From NCBI GenBank assembly GCA_002633005.1, contig NMRA01000149.1, forward strand, positions 188,572 through 252,571: 64,000 nucleotides of DNA, written 5' to 3'. Below are positions 52,483-63,827 of the stretch, piece after piece. Both the position numbers and the translations under genes were made by a program. The DNA is from Phoronis australis (Eukaryota > Animalia > Phoronida). The notes under the pieces are model-generated. The model had not been told where the DNA came from. It saw only the letters and a program-made list of their open reading frames with translations, and did no database searches. How positions within the stretch are numbered: position 1 is the stretch's first letter; each line of letters opens with the position of its first letter.

Positions 52483-53171
52483 TACAAAGGTAAACGTAAA
52501 AAAAATAAAATTTCCACTAGGGGACACACCGGTAGTCGGATTCGTTCGAAAGTCATCGTCGTATGTTGTTAACATCATATAAATATACTTACCCAATTTC
52601 GTAAAGTTCCTGTGAACGGTTTAGGAGATACAGCCATAGGCGCAAAAAAAGACTGCCACTAGGAGGCGCCACCGTAGTCGAAATCGTCGGAAAATCATCG
52701 TCAATTGTCCTCTTCATAGTAAGCACATATATGCTAATTTTCACAATAATCCTTTGAGCGGTTTGGTTGATAGAGGGGTGGACGCAAAAAAAGACTTGAA
52801 AACACTAAAAATGGCCACTAAGTGGCGCAAACTACATCGAATCCATTCGAAAATGAAAGGACAGCATCATCTCACAAATAGGTGCCTACATACCAAATTT
52901 CATGAAAATCTGTTCAGGACTTTTGAAGATACAAAGATAAACGTAAAAAACTAAAATTGCCACTAAGGGGCACACCAATAGTCGGTTCCGTTCGAAAGTT
53001 CGCTCATGCTGTCCCATTCATGAATGGAACATACGTGCCAAATTTCATGCACGTATGTCAAAGGGTTTTGGAGATAGAGCAGCGGACGCCGGACGGACGC
53101 CGCCCGGACAGACAGACGGATGGAGATGACGGCATAATACGTCCACATATAAATATGTGGGCACATAAAAA
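52483..53171 (-). mobile_element. Helentron/HINE-type element, truncated copy with 4 CTCF-like motifs
   Basis: Same subunits as 61550-63308; (GGAC/AGAC)n stretch at 53084-53122; terminal stem ccacatat-aa-atatgtgg then gcacataaaaa. Confidence 0.82.
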
Positions 53172-56100
53172 TGGCGGCGACCACATGGAAGCCGCCATTA
53201 CAATATAGCTAACAAAAACATTACATATACTTCCAAAATTTCTCAAGCAGGGAGGTAGGCTGGCCAAGCAGAGACGGTGAAAATACATAATCCCTTGTGA
53301 AAGTGGGCCTGTAGAAGGTTTCAAAGCAATGCATCCAAATTTTTGTCGCATTTTGTTACAAAATTCAAACGTGACTTTTGTATAACTATAACCATTAGTA
53401 ACCATCCTGAGCAGACTGAAAAAAAGCGGTCAGATAGTTGAAAATACTCGCTTTAATTTTTTTACTTACATCTTCAGTCACAGCATAAGAATTTTATCGC
53501 CGCCAGAGAATGAAAACATTTGTATGAATTGGTTTGCGTTAAAAACAATCTAATCAAACTTTTTTGTAAAAAATTGACCAACATGCTCAACATGACGAGA
53601 TAGTCAACCCTCGTTTTCATATGATCGTCCAGTCTTCTGCCAGTTAACAGATTTTGATTTAATGTTCACTTTACAAATGGACTCTGCGTTCAGCACATCG
53701 TGAGTGAGATAAAGTTACATGTTATCGGTCAAGTTGTTCCTCATGACTCCGAGAAAACAAGTCGCGTCGAGACGACCAAGCATTAAGACCGCAATATTCC
53801 AAATATCCAGCGCAGACAGGAACTGAAGTTGAAAATGTCCAGAGTGGTAAATTGTCAACTCATTAACTTGCCCGTCAAGTTATAACTGAACTGATGCTGA
53901 ACGTTCAATTAGTGTGTGCTTGACATAAGAAGTATCCAAAAGCATCATTGGCCGTATTGACAAAATACCGTAACACCTCACATACAAGCTGTAACGGCGG
54001 GATTATGAAGTAGAGCAGCAGATCAGTCTAGAGGTCATGAAAGGGCAAATACCATCGACCGTCTTTTTGGTCATGTCTGTACGGAAAGGGTCCCCCCCAA
54101 ATTAGCTGAAGTTCATTCCGTAAATCGGTGTTTTGTTTATTTTTAGATACATGTAATTTGTGTATCTTTAAGACCAACCACAAAAAACAAGAATGGAGAA
54201 CATAAATCGTGAATATTCGAACCTGTGCCGAGGAGCACTTACACAAGAACTGAAAACATTTTCACACAAAATGCAATCAATGGTAAACACACAAAAACAC
54301 ATTCACCATCTAAACTTCGCATCAAATGAAAAGTGACACCAGCAACTTGACAGTAACTAGAAGACTCGTCTACTAGAGTCTCCTTGAAACTGAGTTGCTC
54401 CAAGTAACTCCCATGGGATTGTGGAATTGCCCTTGGGACTGTCTCACAAATGAAAAGTATGCATTAAGAAAGATCGATGAACTTGTGGTACAACACAGAA
54501 TGGTACTCTTGGAAATTGTACAGTGGCAGATGCCCTTCCAGAGGCAGGCCTACTCGTTTTGTCAATAATTGCGCTAACATGTTACAAACAAAAAAGACAA
54601 CCCACCTGTCATAAAGCTACTGGAGACAGGTCATCAGATGAAAATAAATTAGTATAGGACTTGATAACCGCACTGTAGTTAACACTTCTGACAATCCTCC
54701 TGTCAGAAGGCCATTGAAGAAAGATTATAGGATAAAAACAAATTGGCAAAGGATTTAGTACACGCATTGTAGGTAAATTTCTGCATTTGCGAAACCATCA
54801 GTTTTCCTGTTCACAAAACACATATTATGTGAAATTACCAGGGTGTCATCTGTTTACTTGTTACCAAGTATTTGAATAGTAATATCCCAACTGCATTGGT
54901 GGCATCGATAGAAATTACATAATAAGAATTTATTGCACCTGAAATACTGTTCGTGTCCATGACTGGCTGTCTTTTGGAAATTCAGCAGTCAAAAAGAACA
55001 AAGATCCTTAGCAAAATGAACCCACTGGCTGAGTTGGCTTGGAAAAGAAATAAACATGCCTACTGCGAATCTATAGGACAGAACGTATCTAATAAGACTG
55101 TATAAAAGTCATAATCAGAATAAATATTGATTACGTAATTAGTTGCCCAATATTTGTGCATATGTACTTTTAAAACCATGGGGTTAAACTTTTTCCATGT
55201 ACTTTTGATGTTTACATGATTGTACTTTTAGATGTTTACCTTCTCTGTTCTGGGATCAATGTTCTGTAAGGATTCTGGAAATTTCTGAGATTAGATTGTA
55301 ACAGTTAATGATATGATTAGATAAGATCATATGGTTTTTTTTAGCCAATCTTAAGTAAGTGCATTAATTGATTACAATTTGGGCAGAAGACTAGGAGATA
55401 ATCAAATGGAACTCAGTAGTTGAAGCTATTGCACTTGCTTCACTGAGTACTGAAGAAATAGTACAGCAGAGCCATCTCCTGGAAAATTCTAGAGGATCTT
55501 GGCAAGAGCAAAGATTAATGAACAGGAAAACAAAATTTAAAATTAAAACACATTATGTATGACCTGTTCTATACAATAATACAAAAAGGGACCATTTTGC
55601 TGAGTTTTTAACCTCTCAAACGACCCATTTTGCAAGAAAAAAGCACCTTTCATAAGGCAACTCTGGATCAGAACAAGTTAGAGCTTTCCTAAGCCAACCA
55701 TAAAAGAAAAGACATGCATGTTCACGGAGATGAACCACTTTCCAATAAACTGGCAACATGATAAAAACGCGAGTAATCACTCAGTAGTTTTGCTGCACCT
55801 TGTACTTCGTCAATATATTTGTTCATTTGTGTGATCTAAGGTCATATTGCGTGGAATAGAGAAATTACTGCATTAGCTACAGTTTCACAGCAATAAAAAC
55901 ACTTATACCTAAACTAAATTGATATGGATTACAACTAGTGACTTTTCAATTCCTTTGACTTCTGAAACTGAAGCTAGGATCATATTTGAAATACGATAAA
56001 AATTCGCCAAATTAGTTGCATTAGGTTTCTGTTCTCTGGTACCTGTTGATGAATGATTTTAGTAACTCTTTAAACCGCAGTAGGTGATTGACCTGTGCGC

Positions 56101-56840
56101 CTAATACCGCACAAAAGAACACAGGAACGCTTATGATGGCCTAGATAGATATGTGGACCAGCCTTGATTTAGAAACCGCCATCTGGAGAGTTGAAACCAA
56201 ACAGGTTTTTGTAATGCCTTTTTAATAGATGGGGATAGGATTGATGGTGGATTGATTTCTGTGTTCCTGTATGGATTTAACGTAGTGGGATATTTTCCAG
56301 ATTTTTTTATAAATTCCACGTAGCCATCATGCTGTCATATTGTCACAGCTGTTTGGTGAGATATTAAAACGATTCGCACAGTATGTTCAACATCTCAAAA
56401 TGTCAGTTAATGCTAGAAATTGTGGTTCATTCCCGATTAACTCATCCTGCCTTGCACACCAGAATAGAGTTTGGTATCCGTCTCACGGAGAGAAAAATGT
56501 AACCAAAATTACTTGGTGTTATTGAAAGTACATGGCAATAACTCGTGTAATCTCGTGAACGCTTGCTTTTCTAGTGAGGTCCTAGTGTTGCTGAACTCTA
56601 CTCAGAATTAAGGTTAAGCAAAGATGCTTCTGTGGTGCTGCCAGTTTCTTGTTGTCACATCATTATCCAACGGAGTCTAGTAAAGGATTGTCTCTGAGAA
56701 GGCAATTCTTTCTCATATTCTGTTTATCCAACAAAACCATGAAACTGTTGGCAGAGACTCACAAATCCCATATTGTTCACAGTTTAATGGGACAGCAAAT
56801 CCTATCCTAAATATAAACTGAAGCCATCCCCAAGTTTTAA

Positions 56841-57672
56841 AGGAGAATGCCACCTAAAAAACAACCTATTTTGTATCAGTTTAGATCAAGTACTTCTACT
56901 CGATAATGGCAGGTTCGGTTGCGTTACCTGACACCTGATGGCAGACGGAGGTGTTGAAATTATCCAATGATGTAATTGGTTTCAAACGCAGTCTGTTCAG
57001 CAGTTCACAACACGGGTTAGTGGTGTCAGCTTATCACTTGAATTCGTCACTACACCAATAAATCATCAAACTTAGATGTAAAACCCTTAAAAATACACGT
57101 TGTTTTATTTCACTGTTACAGATTTACTGGTATTTGGACACACCGTAGCCTACAAAGTTCGGCAGACCAATTTACCAAGGTCCTTAGCAGGAGTTTGGGG
57201 TCTGTTCGGATATAAATTCGAAGTATTCTTCCGTGAAATACAGACAGGAGAACCTACATCTGTGTTGTTTATACTTGTGATTTTTTGAGTTCTAAACACA
57301 CGGAACGCTTGTTATCCCGGCCAGTGGCTCAGAGCCCGATCAGAGGCCCGTCGCGGCGGCTGGACTGACTCGTTATCCCAGCCAATGGCTCGGAACCCGA
57401 TCAGGCCCGTTGCGGCAGCCGGACTGACTCGTTCTCCCTGCCAATGGCTCGGAACCCGATCAGAGGCCCGTCGCGACGGCCGGACTGACTTGTTATCCCG
57501 GCCAATGGCTCGAAACCCGATCAGGCCCGTCGTGGCCGCTGGGACTGGCACGAACATAAACCAGCTTCAGTCGGAAACTAAACCTCCAGTCATGAAAAGA
57601 CTATAATAGTGAGCCAAAGAAATAATGTGCACATAATTATTTATGTGAATTAGCCACGAAACTGAAAATTTA
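56841..57672. mobile_element. Possible Kolobok-like element running into the gap
   Basis: Starts ttaa|aggaga, with a CpG-richer interior and a GC-rich minisatellite; the other end is not visible. Confidence 0.35.
57311..57548. repeat. GC-rich minisatellite, 4 units alternating 61/59 bp
   Basis: gttatcccggccaatggctcggaacccgatcag(ag)gcccgt.gcggc.gccggactgactc starting at 57311, 57372, 57431 and 57492. Confidence 0.93.
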
Positions 57673-58199
57673 NNNNNNNNNNNNNNNNNNNNNNNNNNNN
57701 NNNNNNNNNNNNNNNNNNNNNNNNNNNNNNNNNNNNNNNNNNNNNNNNNNNNNNNNNNNNNNNNNNNNNNNNNNNNNNNNNNNNNNNNNNNNNNNNNNNN
57801 NNNNNNNNNNNNNNNNNNNNNNNNNNNNNNNNNNNNNNNNNNNNNNNNNNNNNNNNNNNNNNNNNNNNNNNNNNNNNNNNNNNNNNNNNNNNNNNNNNNN
57901 NNNNNNNNNNNNNNNNNNNNNNNNNNNNNNNNNNNNNNNNNNNNNNNNNNNNNNNNNNNNNNNNNNNNNNNNNNNNNNNNNNNNNNNNNNNNNNNNNNNN
58001 NNNNNNNNNNNNNNNNNNNNNNNNNNNNNNNNNNNNNNNNNNNNNNNNNNNNNNNNNNNNNNNNNNNNNNNNNNNNNNNNNNNNNNNNNNNNNNNNNNNN
58101 NNNNNNNNNNNNNNNNNNNNNNNNNNNNNNNNNNNNNNNNNNNNNNNNNNNNNNNNNNNNNNNNNNNNNNNNNNNNNNNNNNNNNNNNNNNNNNNNNNN
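57673..58199. other. Assembly gap (N run)
   Basis: Run of N. Confidence 1.
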
Positions 58200-58921
58200 A
58201 TGCTGCTATTGCTTAATAGGGACCATCCGACCAACTAAAATAATGTCAAGATCAAGCCTTATTTCGACTTGATTAATATGCATTGCATTCAGATTCTAAT
58301 ATGACAAAGGAAAGCAACTGATCAAACCAAATGTGACCAAAGCAAAAATGTTAGCGATATGGAGTCTTGCAAATAGTGAAAATACAGATCCCACTAGTGG
58401 ACTCAACTGTTCGGTTTTTAAAACAAGATAGCCATGTAAACCAATCACTAATCCCCGTGCAAGCAACTGAGGTAGCTGACAAGATCACATGCACCTTAAA
58501 ATGCTGCTCCACCTCCTACAAAAACACATCGAAAAAGGACAGAAAATACCAACAAGACCAATCGGTCTTCCAAATTGGCTCATAGATTTGAGGTCCTGTG
58601 GGTCATCTGATCCAAGTGGCGTTTTTCTAAAATGAACTTTTCAATGTACGATGTACATGTACGGAAGCATAAAAAAATTTAACTGATACAATTGCCTTCA
58701 TCTTTAACGACAAATTACATGGTATTACATCACAGGTCAACATATACAATAGGGTGTTTTATTGGGAGGTCTCATGACAACTTGCCAAGTTACTTGAACC
58801 AGGTAACACAAATTGTTTGGTGTGACTGAGGTGCCTCACGGTGGCTTCGTGCACAGTTATCAAAGTAATATTCTACTAGCGCTAGGAAAGGCCCTTGTAT
58901 GTAGCAAACTGCACAACTGTG

Positions 58922-59160
58922 ATGTCCAGCTCTAGTATGTAGCATATACAACCATCATGTCCAGCTCCAGTATGTAGCATATCATACAACCATCATGTCC
59001 AGCTCCAGTATGTAGCATATCATACAACCATCATGTCCAGCTCCAGTATGTAGCATATCATACAACCATCATGTCCAGCTCCAGTATGTAGCATATCATA
59101 CAACCATCATGTCCAGCTCCAGTATGTAGCATACCATACAACCATCATGTCCAGCTACAG
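58922..59160. repeat. Minisatellite, ~6 x 38 bp
   Basis: atgtccagctccagtatgtagcatatcatacaaccatc at 58922 (shorter), 58957, 58995, 59033, 59071, 59109 and a partial unit at 59147. Confidence 0.95.
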
Positions 59161-60232
59161 CATCACTACCTGCCACGCTGCACCTTTCAATTTTCCATCT
59201 AAATTCGCATTTGACGATTTTGATCACAATCACGACAAATAATCGGCATGAGGCACAGACGATACAAGACATTTTCTTATTACAGTAAACATGTTTGACA
59301 TTCCGTGACAAGTTGTGATTTTGACATCGAGATGTCGTGAACCAGCATTCACAAAACAATGTTTATTGGCGGCGACATTGTGGACAATGAAGAATGCTAT
59401 GGTTTCCATGCACTAACCCTGTGACAGATACCCATCATGATGGTGACAATAAAACCAACTAATTGTGAACAGCAGAAAAATTTAAATTACACACTAAACT
59501 ACAAAGACTTGGTGAAAATACAACACTGTTAGACCAAGTGCACCCAGGCTGAGCAATAATAAATTCTCAATACACCATGACTCAATATGAAACAAGCAAG
59601 GACTGAAACTGCCAGATGTAATCCTGTTTTTGTAGGTTTCATTATTTATGACATTACCTTTCTCCACATTGTTTAGTGCTACTGAACATGTGTCTACAAT
59701 GGCCATTGTACAATAATGTCAACACAGCAAACAAATAGGGATCATGCTGCAATAACAAGTCATAATGAAAAAGTGCCTACAATATTTCTATGTAGTGTTT
59801 ACACATGTGCTTGATCCCCAAAAATATTTAGATCCATGGAGTGGAATGGAGGGGTCACCGTGTGAAAAAGTTAAATGAGGATAAATCAATACAAAATTCA
59901 AAGTGGATGGAATAAATAATTGATCTATATTGATTTAATTTAACCAACTTGATGACTTACTCTTACAGAACAAAGACATTCTAGAAAGTGTCTCAAACAA
60001 AGAGATAAATGACAAAACACAACAAGATGAGGCAAATATGTTACAGGTTATTTTGTGGAAGTGTTATAACAATATGGCTATTTCACACACATGAAGGCGA
60101 TGCAACATGATACCTGTCGGGTCGGAGTTCACGTTAGCGACCGTGGACGGTAACAACACTTACTCAATATTTTGTTTCCAATTGTTCAAATAAAGGTGAA
60201 AATAAGTTCCCGAAGCAGAGTAGCAGGTTAAT

Positions 60233-60637
60233 CAAGGTACCTAAATTACACGGTTAACGGACTCATAAACAGTCACGGACGGATGAACACGGCTCACGTA
60301 CCTGCAATCACCGTTCAATGACTCACAAACACGGGAACGGACTCACATTCACGAAGAAAGACGGTTAACGGACCGCAAAACACGGTTTACGGACAAAATG
60401 TAGATGTCAGCTGACCCAGGTAGCCGATGAGACCTTGACCCGTGTTTGGTGGTGCGTTAACCATGTTTCTTCGTGAATGTGAGTCCATGTCCTGTGTATT
60501 TGGGTGAATGGATCGTGTTTTGTGAGTCCGTTCCCATGTTTGTGAGTCAGTGAACGGTGTTTGCAGGTATGTGAGTCGTGTTCATGTGTCCGTGACTGTG
60601 TTTATGAGTCCGTTAACTGTGTAGATTAGGTACCTTG
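60233..60637. mobile_element. Foldback MITE (405 bp) with long TIRs and a TTAAT target duplication
   Basis: ttaat|caaggtacctaaattacacggttaacggactcataaac ... gtttatgagtccgttaactgtgtagattaggtaccttg|ttaat; arms of ~135 bp or more. A paralogous empty site (gctgg-ttaat-ggag) lies at ~60817-60830. Confidence 0.9.
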
Positions 60638-61012
60638 TTAATGGAGATATGGAAGTAGCAGCCATATAACACATAATTAATTATTGAGCAATCAATTTAA
60701 GGAATTGAATGAGAAACCCATGTAAGGTTAACGCTGTCAGGGGAACAAGACATCTACTCAGTAGTCTGTTCCGCATTGTTCAAATAAAGGTGAAAATTAG
60801 TTCCTGTGGCAAAACAGCTGGTTAATGGAGGTAAGTACATAACACATTAATTATTGAGCAAAGAATTTAAGGGGTTGGGTTGGAAAACCAAGTACGATTA
60901 CCCCGGTAATGCTTTTAGGGTTTATTTTAAGCCCATGAACAGAGAAAACTTGGCCTTATGTAGGAACCTAGAAAAATGTCCAAATTTGGCTAACTTAAGG
61001 ACATCATTTCTT

Positions 61013-61390
61013 AACAAGAGCGACGCGGAGCATTGAAAAGCGCCCACGAATGCATCGGAAATGGTGTGCTTTTATGGTTGTTTATTTTCGTCACAAAAAT
61101 GGGAGGATAGGGTCATCTCACTAATAGATGCCTACATGCCAAATTTTATGAAAATACGCTGAAGACCATTGAAGATATAGAGGTAAGCGTAATAAACTAA
61201 AATTGCCACTAGGGGACACACCGGTAGTCGGATCCATCCGAAAGTTCGCTCGTGCCGTCCCATCCATAAAAGGGACTCATGTGTATAATTTCATGAACAT
61301 GCGTCAAACGGTTTTTTAGTTAGAGCAGCGGACGCTGGACGGAGATGACAGCATAATGCATCCACATGTAAATATGTGGGCGCATAAAAA
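61013..61390 (-). mobile_element. Short, internally deleted Helentron/HINE-type element
   Basis: Ends aacaagagcgacgcggagcattg...gcgcccac and ccacat-gtaaat-atgtgggcgcataaaaa: subterminal IR gcgcccac/gtgggcgc, hairpins at both ends, inserted in an A/T run with no clear TSD. One CTCF-like motif at 61204. Confidence 0.82.
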
Positions 61391-61549
61391 TAGCTGATCA
61401 GATTCATATGAAACATCCAGATAGTAGCCTTTTTACATTGTTCTCCAAAACACTTTCAATAATTGTTTTCAAAATGTTCCACTTTTGAATGAGGGGCTAT
61501 CAAAAATAGAACTTTTATGATTTTCGTGAAAAACGCAAAAGTTGCATAA

Positions 61550-63308
61550 AACATCGAGAGCAACGCGGAGCGTTGAAATGCGCCCATGAATGCACCACGA
61601 ACGGTGTGCTTCGAGGGTCATTTATTTGTTTCCTAAAAATAGCCACTAGATGCTGCAGAAATGTCCAATCCATCTGAAAACTGGAACATGCCATCGCTTC
61701 TTTAACAGAAAGCTATCTATCAAATTTCAGAAAAATCTGTCAAGGAACTTCAGAGAAACAAAGGAAAACAGAAAAAATGAAACTGTCACTATGGGGCACA
61801 GCGTTCATTGGATCTGCCTGAAAGACGTCATCGTCAGTTGTTAGCTTCATACAAATACAATTACAAAAGTTAATAAAGATCCTGCAATGTGTTTAGGAGA
61901 TGCAGCTATGGGCACAAAACAAAACTACCACTAGCAGGGGCCACAGTAGTGAACTCATAATTGTCAACCGTCCTCTTCACACTGAGAACATACACGCCAA
62001 TTTTCAAAATCATCCTTAGAATGGTTTGGTTAATTGAGGGGTGGATGCCAAAAAACAGACTCGAAAATAGGAAAAATGGCCACTAGGTGGTGCAAAGTAC
62101 TTCGATTCCATCCGAAAACAGGAGGATAGCTCATCTCACCAATAGATGCCTATATTCCAAATTTTCTGAAAATCCGTTGAGGACCTTAGAAGATACAAAG
62201 GTAAACCTAAAAACTAAAATTGCCACTAGGGGGCACACTGGTGGTCAGAACTGTCCAAGAGTTGTTGTCATCTGTAGTAAAAATCATTTAAATACAATTG
62301 CTAAATTTAGCAAAGATCCTTCAAAAAGTTTAGGAGATACAGCCATGGGCAAAAAAACAAAACTGCCACTAGGAGGCGCCACAGTAGTCGAAGTTGTCGG
62401 AAAATCATCGTTAGCTTCGTAGTAAGAACATACATGCCAATTTTCACAATCATCCTTAAACCGGTTTGGTTAATAGAAGGGTAGACGCCAAAAACAGACT
62501 AAAAACAGTAATGGCCACTAGGTGGCGCAAACTACATCAAATCCATCTGAAAACGGGAGGATAGCGTTATCTCACTAGTAGATGCCTATACGCCAAATTT
62601 TATGAAAATACATAAAGGATCTTTGAAGATACAGACGTAAACGTAAAAAACTAAAATTGCCAATAGGGGGCACACCAGTAGTCAGATTTGTCTGAAAGTC
62701 ATCACTCATTGTCAACATCACATAAATACACTTGCTAAATTTAGTAAAGATCCTGCCAATGGTTTAGGAGATATAGCCATGGACGCAAAAAAACTGCCAC
62801 TAGGAGGCGCCACAGTATACAAAATCGTTGGAAAATCATAGTCAGCCGTCCTCTTCATAGTAAGAACATACATGCCAATTTTCACACTCATCCTGAGAGC
62901 GGTATGGTTGATAGAGGGGTGGACGCCAAAAAACAGAATCGAAAACAGCAAAAATGGACACTAGGTGGTGCAAACTACGTCAAATACATCCGAAAATGGG
63001 AGGATAGCATTATCTCACTAATAGATGCCTATATGCCAAATTTTATGAAAATACGTTGAGGACCTTTGAAAATATGGAGGTAAGTGTAAAAAACTAAAAT
63101 TGCCACTAGGGGGCACACCGGAAGTCGGATCCATTTGAAAGTTTGCTCATGCCGTCCCATCCATGAAAGGAACATATGTGCAAAATTTCATGAATGTACG
63201 TCAAAGGGTTTTGTAGTTAAAGCAGTGAATGCAGGACGAACGCCGGGACGGACTCTGGGACGGACAGACTGATGGCATAATGCATACAAATATGTGGGCG
63301 CATAAAAA
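61550..63308 (-). mobile_element. Long Helentron/HINE-type element with an internal ~145-bp/~437-bp higher-order tandem array
   Basis: Hairpin caacgc-gga-gcgttg (61561-61575), subterminal IR gcgccca / tgggcgc, GGAC-rich stretch at 63233-63270, central tandem repeats and insertion in an A/T run. This is the DINE-1/HINE architecture. Confidence 0.85.
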
Positions 63309-63827
63309 TGAAATAATTTTAAAAAACTGAAACAGCCTTTTTTGAGATTTCACTTTTAACATTTATATCAAATGAAATTTGGTTGTTATTGGTACACTTA
63401 TTTTGCTATCAATGTAGCTTTCTTTTTTCCTAAATTTTACTGTGAAGACAGGATCAGGTCATCCATTAAATGGTAGATTGGTAAAAAGTTAAAAATCAAA
63501 GACTACAAGCTTTCTACTTTCAGAAAATACTGGTATATACTTTTACTGAGTTAAAATCTATAGTTTTGTAGACATTTGGCTAAGGTCCTACACAACCTTA
63601 AATCAGTGTGCTTACTTGACAAAGATCGTGTGCGCATATTCTTAGTCTTCAGCCAACGTTCATGTTGGCCTAATCACAGCACAAATGTATGCAAATTTCT
63701 TGCAATGGTTGTCGCATAATTACTGTAGTAAATAACAAAACATGAAAAAAATAGAAAGAAATGAAGTTGAAAGTTGGTGGTGCAGACATCCTCCAAAAGT
63801 TCTGGGTGTGTAACATAGCACTAGTAC

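Larger units (their letters stand above)
60950..63597 (+). mobile_element. Kolobok-like host element split by two HINE insertions (left end uncertain)
   Basis: Pieces 60950-61012, 61391-61549 and 63309-63597 rejoin into a sequence collinear with 48430-48960; ends cacaacc|ttaa. Confidence 0.72.

Noticed and set aside
52957-53405. Overlapping 70-115-aa ORFs in HINE copies (also 62087-62422 and 62718-62951)
   Set aside because: Frames are not conserved between repeat copies and there are no Rep/Helicase or transposase motifs.
61641-63116. CRISPR-like reading of a conserved short motif with longer intervening sequence
   Set aside because: The intervening segments are homologous to each other (trimeric higher-order repeat) and the array is bounded by HINE termini.
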